Source: Mantamonas sphyraenae STR306 (lineage: Eukaryota > Protista > CRuMs). Taken from it: DNA of 64,000 nt. Shown piece by piece: positions 46,373 to 55,687 of this stretch. Where the stretch lies: assembly GCA_026936335.1 (NCBI GenBank), contig JAPMXV010000046.1, positions 62,001 through 126,000 on the forward strand. Reading direction: 5' to 3'. Position 1 is the first letter of the stretch; every line of letters begins with the position of its first letter. Made by a program: the position numbers and the translations under genes. The notes under the pieces are model-generated. The model saw only the letters and a list, made by a program, of their open reading frames with translations. It was not told the DNA's origin and did no database searches.

Positions 46373-49300
46373 CTGCCACACGGCTCTTGCCATCGACCAA
46401 GTACTTAAGGAAGCGCAAGGTGTCCCTGGACTCCTTGGCGACCATGTCGGCGGGCGAAACGGCTGCAATGAACAAACCGTGCCCAGAGCCGCTCAGACTG
46501 TTCTTCAACAGCATGGTGAGTGGGGTGGTGCGGTAGGTCACGACGGCATTCTTGGCCTTGTTGTGTCGCTTCTGGTGAAGAGCTTTGGCCACGTTGCCCA
46601 GGGCTGACAAGGACAGGCTGATCTCTGCGTCGATGGTGTCGGCGATCGATGCGACGGACGCCAGATCAACCATTTGCAGAACACTGCTCACCTCTTCGTT
46701 GTCCTTTTCAAACGTGATATGCAACTCGAAGATGGTGTGGGCCATGGACGCCGTGGAGTTTCGCTCAGTGGCGCGGATGCTGCGGTTTTCTGAGGCCCGT
46801 TCCATGAGCTGTTGGACCTCGTCGTACGAGTTCACCCGGTGACTGCTGAGTCCGTCCACGTAGTAGCCTGTCTTGGGTTGCAAGCGCACACGCAGCGACT
46901 TGTTGCCCGTGTCGATCAGATCTTGCACCGAATTGCGCACTTCCATGGCCTTCAACTCCACCTGCAGGTTGTCCACCTGGTCTCCCAGGCTGAACACCTC
47001 GGAACAGATGCGCGGCACAATGCCTGGCTTGTCGCCGTAGCCCACCATGGCGTACGACTTGCCAGAACCGGTTGCGCCGTACGCCAGAACCGCCACGTCC
47101 TGACCTTGCAGCAGCTGCTCCAACAGCGGACGACCCACCTGCTCGTACACTTCTTCCTGCTCGAATCCTCGTACACGTGGTCAAACTCAAACGTCTCTGG
47201 CGCGCGCTCCTCCCCCAGGTCGACCGTGATGCTCGTGGCGTTTTCCACCGTCACAGCACGTTTGCATCCGCTCGTCTTTTCCAAATGGTTGAACGGACGC
47301 ACAGTCACCATGCCCATGGTGGTGCCGGTTGCCTTCTTCTCCTTCTTGGAACGTTTGGGCTTGCTGCTGCTGCTTCCGCCGCTGCTGCTGCTGCTTCCGC
47401 CACCGCTGCCACTGCTGCCTTCGTCGTTCATGTCATTGGTCACCGACCCACCTGTCAGCAGAGAGACAAACCTGAGAGTGGAGCGCGATTCCGAGGCGAC
47501 CAAGTCCGCAGGCGAGACTGCGCCAATGAAGACGGTGTGTGTGCCCGCCGCCCAGGCCATTCTGCAGCAACCTGGTCAACGCGCTGTCTCGGTAGGGCAC
47601 GAGAATCTTCTTGTTGGGGTTCTTCCGCTGTTTGTTCAGCGAAGACGCCACGTTCGAGAGCACTGTCAAGGAGGTATTGCACTCCGTGATCAACTTGAGG
47701 ATGTGCGGATCCGAGGATGTGTGGTAGGAAGACAAGTCGACAAGCTGCAACTTGCTGGTCACAGTTTCGTCTTTGGTCTCAAAGGAGAAGTCCACCTCGA
47801 TGATGGTGTGACCCAAGGACGACGTCGAGTTCTGATCGGTCGACACAACCGTGCGGTTTGCAATCGCGCTCTGAAGCAGAGCCTCCACTTGCGTGTAAGA
47901 CTCCACCACCTTGCTTGTGAGTCCTTCCACAAAGACACCATGCTTGGGGCTGGTGCGGACCTTGAGGGCCTTCCTGGACGAGTCCAGAAGGTCGAAAACA
48001 CCGCCCATCACCTCCATGACCTTCATCTGCACGTTGAGGTTGTCCACTTTGTCGCCCAGGCCGAACATTTCGTTGCAGATGCGCGGCACAATCCCAGGCT
48101 TGTCGCCGTAACCGATAAAAGCGAACGACTTGCCCGAGCCGGCAGCGCCGTATGTGATTACGCACACATCCTCGCCTTCCAGCAAACGGTCCAAGAGTGG
48201 ACGGCCCACCTCTTCGTACACGTCGGCTTGATCAAAGTCCTCGTACACGTGGTCAAAGGTGTAGGTTTCCGAGCCGCGTCCCTCACCCCGGTCCACCGTC
48301 ACCGTGGTTGCACTGGTCACGCTCACTGCTCGCCCACTGTTGGAGGATGTCTCGAGACGGTTGAACGGGCGCACGGTGATCATGCCCATGATCGTGCCCC
48401 CCTTCGTCTTCTTGCGACGTAGGGGTTTTCCGCTTTCGCTGCCACTGCTGCTGCCACTGCTGCTGCCACTGCTGCTGTTGCCACTTGCAGACGAAGACGA
48501 GGCCTTGGACGCCTTGGAGGAGGACGACAGGCTGCTGACGTCGTCGACCTGAGAGGCTCCAAACGCCGTCAGGAATCGCAGCGTGGACAGACTCTCTTCA
48601 AACATGATGTCTGCTGGCGACACAGCTCCGATAAACAGGCGTGTGCCGTGGCCGTTGAGGGAGCGCTTGAGCAGCATGGTGAGGGGCGAGTTGCGGAATC
48701 CGACGACATTCTTTTTCGCCCTCCCCTTGCCTTTGCCCTTGCTTTGGGCGCTAGCGGCCACCACACGGCCGAGGATGTTGAGCGATCGGTTGACATCGAT
48801 GGCTGCCTTGTCAGAGGTGTCGATGATGTGCTGCTGGCCGACCAGATCCACCAGTTGGAGCGTGGCGGAGGTGGTTTCGCCGTCGCGTTTGTGGGAAACG
48901 TTAACGGACACCACAGCGTGCTTTGACAACGCCAGTGAGTTCATGGCGCTGGATCGCGTTTCTCGCTGTCGCTGTCCAACCTCCATCACTCGCCGCAGGT
49001 GGTCGTAGTCATCGACTTTCTTGGTCACCACGCCGTCCACAAAAGGCCGTTTGTCACGACCTTCGCGCACGCGCAGTTCGCCCTTCTTCTTGGTCAACAG
49101 ATCCGTAACGCCGCCCATGCACATCTCCACCATGCTGATGGTCACCTCCAGTCCTTCCAGCTCACCCTCCTGGGCAAATACCTCGGTGCAGACCCGCGGC
49201 AACAGGCCCGGATTCTCGCCGTACCCAATGGCCGCATACGATTTGCCTGAGCCTGTTGCTCCATACGTCATGATGCACACATCGTCGCCGTTGAGAAGTG

Positions 49301-49529
49301 ATTCCACGAGCGTGGTGCCCACGTCGGCGTACACGTCTTCCTGCGAAAAGTCCTGGTACACGTGGTCAAACGCAAACGCGTATGACAAACTTTCGTCGTC
49401 GGGGTTTTGCAGCGTAATGGTCGAATCATCGACACGCTGAACAATTGCGGAACATCCCATGGTGCGCTCACGATTGTTGAACGGTCTGATGGTCAGCACC
49501 GTTGTCGAAGAAGTGTGCTTCGAAGACAT
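45318..49529 (-). CDS. Protein of four tandem kinesin-3 (KIF28/KLP-6-like) pseudo-motor domains, ~1403 aa; compensating indels at ~47545 (+G) and ~47164 (-T)
   Basis: Four units (about 49500-48570, 48400-47465, 47320-46400, 46290-45360), each TxRPFNxxE..FDHVY..GxxGSGK..GYG...G[IL][VL]PR..LTxLL..VSPAD..TL[RK][FY], separated by Ser/Gly linkers. Confidence 0.85.
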
Positions 49530-49583
49530 TTTTGTTTGGGTGGAGGACAGGTCGCTGCCATTTTTTGCCCCACTTGCATGTGC

Positions 49584-51129
49584 TTACACAGGCATCTCCC
49601 GGTGACGTGTCACCTTTTTCTTGCGCCCTGCAAGCAAGGCGCTGTAGTCCAGCGTTCGAATGGACTCTCCCATGCGCTTCTTGTCGTTTGTTCCCGTCAC
49701 ACAAAACACGGTCGAGATGGCCGCCCCACTGTCGAATGACTCGCGCAGCAGACGCGTCAGCACGTGATTGCGATACGGGATACGCTTCTTGTTGTCAGCG
49801 CGCGCTCGGATGCACTCTTTCAAGGAGAGCAGCGAGGAGTTGATGTGTGCTGCCTCTTGCCTCGTCAGCGACTCCATCGTGTCCATGGACTGCACCTCGT
49901 TGCCCGCAAGGTCCACAAAGTTGAGCGTGTTGTTCATCAACAGTGCGTTCTCGTCCTCATCCATCACTGCCTGCACATTGGCACGGGCCTGGTCGACGGC
50001 GACGGACTGGGCAGCGTAGGTCTCCTCCAGTTCCTCCAGTGCTTGTTTCGTCTCGCTGTCCATTGCATCCATCATGCGATGGGCGTGCGAGTTTCCACCT
50101 CCCACGACCTGCTCGTCCACATCGGCATTTGATTCCTGCTCTTGCGCCGCTGCGCTCTCCATTGCTTTTCCAATCTCCACAATCAGCCCATCCCGGGCGT
50201 ATCCAATTTCAGTCAACGTGTCTTCAGCCTCCACGACTGCCGCCTCTGCATCCAACAGAGCTTGCGTGACAACCGCGAACCTGATCAAGCAGTGCGACCG
50301 CGAGCTCTGGTCATGCACATGATTGGCCTTGGTTTGCCTCATCTCACGACCTACGTCTATCAGAGCAGACGCCTCGTCCACTGACTTGACCAGAGTCTGT
50401 TCGAGCCCACGCACGTGCGTTCGTCGGTCGCTTGACGTCAGCACCGCCACTTCCGCCCGCCCGTTCAGCAGATCGAATGTCGATTTGCCATACACTTCCA
50501 CCATCTCCATACGCAGCTCATACTCTCCTTGCAGCTGCTCCAGCGTCTCCAACATCGCCTGTGCCCCAAGCAGTGCCAGTCCTGGCTGCTCCGGGTTTCC
50601 AAAGATTGTGTGGGTCTTGCCACTGCCTGTGTAGCCATAGCAGAAGCATGTTCCTGTGCGACCACCATGCCCATTCTGAAGCGTCAGTCACCTGGAATTC
50701 CGTTGTTGCCGTTGGCAATTGGCGCGCCAAGGGAATTCCCCGTCTCCCGCACATACCACATCCTCCCAATTGCAGTCGCTCCACCAGAGGCAGGCACACA
50801 CTCTCGAAAAGACCTTGGGTGTCCACTTCGGGCCCAAAGGCCTCGTCCATGGAGAAACAATGGGTGATGGGTTCGTTGAATTCAATCCCTCGCCTGGAGA
50901 TGCGCAGGTGATCCAACGTCATGGTGACCTTGCCCCTTCCATCCTCATCGTCATCCAAAATCCGCTCGTCAAACTGGCCCGGCTCGTCATCCAGAAGTGG
51001 GCGGATGCGGCAAAACACCTTTGCTTTCGGTGCCTCGTTCTCCGCAATGGCTATGCGCTTGCGCACAGACTGCCCGGCGACAGGCAGAACGGTGTTGCCG
51101 CTGTCATTTTCTGAGCGGGTGGTGGACAT
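49584..51129 (-). CDS. Motor-only orphan kinesin with ~100-aa helical insert; exons 51129-50757, 50653-49584
   Basis: VFCRIRP, CYGYTGSGKT (spliced), VHDQSSRSH, FVDLAGNE, INSSLLSLKECIRA, IPYRNHVLTRLL. Confidence 0.88.
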
Positions 51130-51199
51130 GGTCGATACCTTTGTGTGTTGGCTGCCGCGGCGCAGCCGCACACAACCCTGCAACCTCTCCTTGCCTCCC

Positions 51200-54100
51200 A
51201 TGAGCAAGAGCAAGGCTTTCTCCAACTCTGGAGAGTTTCTTGCAAGTAAAGACAGAATACTCACCGTGACGGCCATACGGCCGTTCAATTCGAGGGAAAC
51301 GAACCGCGACGCAAAGAAGGCGATTTCAAAGCGCGACGCCAACACAGTCGTGTGCACAAACGCAGAGGGCGAGGAGAGGGAGATCGAGCTGGACTATGTG
51401 TACGAAGACTTCACTCAAGCGGAGGTGTTTGAAGACATCGGCCAAGATATCCTGGAATCCGTACGAGAGGGAAACAACGTCCTCTTCCTCGTTTTCGGCC
51501 AAAGCGGCTCGGGCAAGAGCTACATCGTCATAGGATTCGGCGAGAACAAAGGCATTTTCCCGCGTGTGTGTGAAACCCTGTTTGGATCGACCGAACTCCA
51601 GAGTGCCGCCATTTCCATGGTGGAGGTCGGCCACATGGGCGTGCACGACCTCCTCTCCGGCGAAAAGATAGCACGCACAGACTCAAATTGGTCCAACGTG
51701 CCAGAACGTGTCGTGGAAACACACGAGCAGGTGATGGAGGCCATCGACACCGGCTCCATGAACCGTTCCGTGGCCGCTACAAACATGAACGCGACGTCCA
51801 CACGCGGTCACACCCTCATTCGGCTCCACTTTACGTTTCGTGGAGGACAACAATCAAATCTCTGCATCGTGGACATGGCTGGCAGCGAGCGCGTGGCTTT
51901 GTCTGGTGTCACGGGGATCCGGTTGAAGGAGTCGTCGTTCATCAACACGTCGTACGTCAGGCTGCGCAACGTGCTTACCGCCGTCCGTCGTCGCGGACAA
52001 GATCAAGCCAACTTCCATGTGCCCTATCGTGAATCGATCTTCACACAGCTTCTGCAGCCGTACCTGGACTGGGGGCGGGTGGCCCTCTTTGGCGCCGTGG
52101 CTCCAACCCTGGACACGTACGACGAAAGCATGATGACTCTCCGCACCCTGGACGAACTGAAAGACCCCGAGTCTGTCGCTGAGAGCAGACTGAGGAGTGC
52201 TAGGCGACTGAAGGCACAAGCCGAGGCAAACCTAAATAGCGGCAGCGCGGGCAGCACCAATGCCAATGTCGACACGCACGGCGAGCACGACGACGGATGG
52301 AAAACGCAGGACGGATTGTTGGACATGTGGAATGCCCACCTGCAGGCTCTTGGCAGTCTGCAGAACGCATCCACAGTGCCAAAAAGCGACTCGGGAAGCC
52401 GGTTGCACCTGGCATGGCTCTCCGACGAAGCGACCAGCAACATTGGTGACATTGGACGTATGGTGGCAGTCCACGTGCACTCCGGGTTGATGCGTGGACT
52501 CAATGCGTGTGTGATGACTACGGGAAACGCCTCGACCACATCAGCAGACGGAATGGCATGCATCGACGAGGAGGTTGTCCGACAGCTGGTCTTGTGCCGG
52601 CAAGGAGAATGGCAAGGACAGTTGAATGTGTTCTCGATCTGGATTCGAACAGACGACGCCGTGATCGACCTTGGCATGGATGATAGGCAAGAGGTTATGG
52701 TCACCTACACGGACGGGATGGTGATTGAAAACTGCACCATGGCCACCATTGCATGTGTACGGGAGTGGCAAACGTGGCGCACAGCGTGTGAGGCTCGTGT
52801 AGATCAACTGGGAGGCCTCCAAGGGCCGCAAACACTCAAGAACGGGATCGTGGTCCATTTGCTCAAACCACATGGTGCTCAAGGCGCAGCTGTGGCGATG
52901 GTTCACTTGGCGAACGACGCAGCATCTTCACTGAAGGAGTATCGCTGCAACCAAGACTTGGCGTTTGCGGACGTGCTCGACAGTATGAGTCACATGGCGG
53001 TGCAGCAGGTGTTGAGGCTCAAGTTGACGCAACAGCAGAGGGTGGTGTGCGACATCTTGCGAGACTGCTTGACGGGAAACGTGGCGCTGGTGCACCGCGG
53101 CGCGTTGAAAGATGGCTGGGAGGCCCTGGACTCCATCTCCGAAGGAGGTTGCAGGCCGGTGGTGCGACCGATGAATCATTGGTCAACATGGGTGCAAGCA
53201 CAAGCAGAGACGGTGGAGCGAGTGGCAACGCTCGCGGCGGCGCTGTGTTCGTCTCGACGGGACGCAGGCGTGTTGCTCGTGGATCAGGACGACGAGACAG
53301 TGCGCAGGGTGTTGAGCACAGCCGCTGAAGCCGTGTTTGCACAGGCGCTGGAAGGAGACACGCTGTGGGTGAGTGCATTTGCATGGACCGAGCAGGACCA
53401 GGTTGGAGACACAAGGCAGGCGAAGAGGTTGCACACAGGCGTTGCGTCCGAACTGCAGCAGTTTGTGGAGACAGAGTGGGAACACACCGTGCATTGGGAG
53501 TGGGCAGTGTGGTCAGAAACCACACACGAACAGCGATCGCTGCACGTGCACGTATCACAGGATGCGAGCAAGGCTGATGGCACAGAGTGGCCGCTGGCCG
53601 AGTGGTCCGTGCTGGTGAACAGTGCCGATGCAGCCAAGGCATGGCAAAGCGAGCCACAACGGGACCTGGTGCGATGTGTACGCGTGCGTCCCGTGCTGGA
53701 AAGGGAGATGGTGCACGAGGACAACAGAGACCCGTCGTCATACAGCAACGTGGACGTGGGTGGAGCGTGTGTGAGGTGGCGACCTGGCTTGCTGGCGGAA
53801 GCCGAGCACGTGTTTCACAATGCGTCCTGCGGCGATATGTGGAAGTCACTTGGACCGGGATTGGTAGAGGCGGTTTTGCACGGGGAGAGGCCAGCGATGG
53901 TGAGTGCGTTTGGGGGAGTGGGCACGGGCAAGTCGTACGCGCTGTTGGGGGTTGAGGGCAAAGAGTACGGGTTGATTGCCCGCTTTGTGCAGCAGGTGCT
54001 GGAAGAGAGCGATGGGGAGGCACGTGTCGATGTGGGTGTTCTCATGTGTCGCTACAAGGCAACCGGGGTGATGGATCTGCTGGCGGACGACGAGCCCCAG

Positions 54101-55681
54101 AAGCGCAGGTTGCGTCAGACTCGCAACGAACCCCATGCACACGTGGAGGACGAGGTGCGCGTTGCAGTCCACAGTGCAGAAGACGTCCACAAGCAATTGA
54201 ACAAGGCGATGCTCACCCTTCGACGATGGGTGACGCTCATGGGCACGCGTTCGTCCGATTTCATGTGGATGGCCGAGGTACAAGTGAACGGCATCCCTGT
54301 GCAGTTTCTGCACCTAAAGGTGATGGACCCTTCAATGACTGCGTACCGCACGCTGATGATGGATCGCATGCACCTTGCTTTCCACCTGGTAACCGGGCAT
54401 TTGGACAAGCCGTTCCTGCGCTGGCGCGAATTGCCCCTGACGCGCCTGGTACAGCGCGTGCTGGACCATCCACATTCCTATGAGGTGCAAATGGCCTGTG
54501 TTGCCCCGACCAAAACGAACGCCAAGTCGGAACTGGCACTGACAGAGGCGACGCAGTCCACACTGGAATTCCTCAATGGCTTGGTGGACGCTCGCGACCT
54601 ACCGCAGCTCAAGACCCTGCTGCGCAAACACAGCAGCGACTATGAGCTGGTCACCATGGACGAGCTGGCACAAGAAGAGCGAGACGCAAGGTGGGACTCT
54701 TCCTCCACGCTCTCCTCCTCCTCCTCATCGTCGTCGTCGTCGTCTTCACAGGCATGGATGCAGGAGTTGAACGAAGTTATGGTGGAGAACATCATGAGAG
54801 AGTACTCGGTGATGGTAGACGAGCGCTCGGAAGATGGCATGGACTGTTTGAGCGTGCAGGACGAGCAGACGCTGGTGTTCAAGGAAGACGAAAGGACGTT
54901 TCAGTTTGACCGCGTCATGGCACACAAGCACCCAAGCGAGGTGTGGAGCGGCATTCGGACAGGTATTGTGGGTCAGTTTGTCAAGGGCAGCCACGACGGC
55001 GTGGTGATGCTGTATGGGCAGACTGGAGCCGGCGACGAGGCCTTTGCAAGCCACCTCGCCAATTTCGCGAAAGACTCGCTGGCGTGCATGCAGGCGGAGA
55101 CCAAGCTGTCAGTGAGTATGTCTGTCGTGCGTGGTGGCCAGTGGATTGACTTGTTGGTGGAGGACGGAGTCATGGACAGCAACGACAGCAAGCGTGCTTT
55201 CACCCGAGTCAAGTGGGTGGAATTGGACACAATGGTCGAGCTGCAGCACTGGTACAAAACGGCATTCGGTACAAAGATGCAGGACGGAGGCGTGGCTGGT
55301 TCCTCGGACGACACCGCAGTCGTGGCCATTCGCAACTCGAACAACACCTTTTACTTTGTGCGACTGCCCGGTTCGCAGCGCCTGTACAGCAATCAGGGTG
55401 ACGAGAACGAGCTCAAGGCGCACAGGGAAGCTCAGTACGCACTGTCCAGTGTACTGAATGTGCTCGCGGAGCTCCTGAAGGAGTCCAGCCGCAGCCGCTT
55501 CATTCCGTGGCGCGATTCCATCCTGGCCAGGAACTTGCAGGCTCCTTTGACAGAAGGCCATCTGTTCTTCTTCACCCATGTGCTGTCACATGTCACCGCG
55601 TACGAGGAGTCACTTTCGTCGGTGCGTTGTTTGGACCGCCTGGCAAGTTCCGGTGGGGGGGGTTCGAAGCGACGCAGGTGA
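51200..55681 (+). CDS. Multi-head kinesin (1493 aa): one intact motor followed by 3-4 degenerate motor domains
   Basis: Head A has AIRPFNSRE, GQSGSGKS, NATSTRGH, DMAGSER, VPYRES. Later heads have VRVRP/GGVGTGKS/WRELPLTRLV and FQFDRV/LYGQTGAG/RLPGSQR/IPWRDSILAR. Confidence 0.82.
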   Translation: MSKSKAFSNSGEFLASKDRILTVTAIRPFNSRETNRDAKKAISKRDANTVVCTNAEGEEREIELDYVYEDFTQAEVFEDIGQDILESVREGNNVLFLVFGQSGSGKSYIVIGFGENKGIFPRVCETLFGSTELQSAAISMVEVGHMGVHDLLSGEKIARTDSNWSNVPERVVETHEQVMEAIDTGSMNRSVAATNMNATSTRGHTLIRLHFTFRGGQQSNLCIVDMAGSERVALSGVTGIRLKESSFINTSYVRLRNVLTAVRRRGQDQANFHVPYRESIFTQLLQPYLDWGRVALFGAVAPTLDTYDESMMTLRTLDELKDPESVAESRLRSARRLKAQAEANLNSGSAGSTNANVDTHGEHDDGWKTQDGLLDMWNAHLQALGSLQNASTVPKSDSGSRLHLAWLSDEATSNIGDIGRMVAVHVHSGLMRGLNACVMTTGNASTTSADGMACIDEEVVRQLVLCRQGEWQGQLNVFSIWIRTDDAVIDLGMDDRQEVMVTYTDGMVIENCTMATIACVREWQTWRTACEARVDQLGGLQGPQTLKNGIVVHLLKPHGAQGAAVAMVHLANDAASSLKEYRCNQDLAFADVLDSMSHMAVQQVLRLKLTQQQRVVCDILRDCLTGNVALVHRGALKDGWEALDSISEGGCRPVVRPMNHWSTWVQAQAETVERVATLAAALCSSRRDAGVLLVDQDDETVRRVLSTAAEAVFAQALEGDTLWVSAFAWTEQDQVGDTRQAKRLHTGVASELQQFVETEWEHTVHWEWAVWSETTHEQRSLHVHVSQDASKADGTEWPLAEWSVLVNSADAAKAWQSEPQRDLVRCVRVRPVLEREMVHEDNRDPSSYSNVDVGGACVRWRPGLLAEAEHVFHNASCGDMWKSLGPGLVEAVLHGERPAMVSAFGGVGTGKSYALLGVEGKEYGLIARFVQQVLEESDGEARVDVGVLMCRYKATGVMDLLADDEPQKRRLRQTRNEPHAHVEDEVRVAVHSAEDVHKQLNKAMLTLRRWVTLMGTRSSDFMWMAEVQVNGIPVQFLHLKVMDPSMTAYRTLMMDRMHLAFHLVTGHLDKPFLRWRELPLTRLVQRVLDHPHSYEVQMACVAPTKTNAKSELALTEATQSTLEFLNGLVDARDLPQLKTLLRKHSSDYELVTMDELAQEERDARWDSSSTLSSSSSSSSSSSSQAWMQELNEVMVENIMREYSVMVDERSEDGMDCLSVQDEQTLVFKEDERTFQFDRVMAHKHPSEVWSGIRTGIVGQFVKGSHDGVVMLYGQTGAGDEAFASHLANFAKDSLACMQAETKLSVSMSVVRGGQWIDLLVEDGVMDSNDSKRAFTRVKWVELDTMVELQHWYKTAFGTKMQDGGVAGSSDDTAVVAIRNSNNTFYFVRLPGSQRLYSNQGDENELKAHREAQYALSSVLNVLAELLKESSRSRFIPWRDSILARNLQAPLTEGHLFFFTHVLSHVTAYEESLSSVRCLDRLASSGGGGSKRRR

Positions 55682-55687
55682 AGAATG

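Noticed and set aside
37700-47560. Genome-wide programmed frameshifting or RNA editing
   Set aside because: The indels have mixed directions, no shared slippery motif, and all fall in short homopolymers, which fits sequencing error better.
45318-49529. Four-head array as a mis-assembled collapsed or expanded repeat
   Set aside because: The four units are substantially diverged in DNA and protein and have unique linkers.
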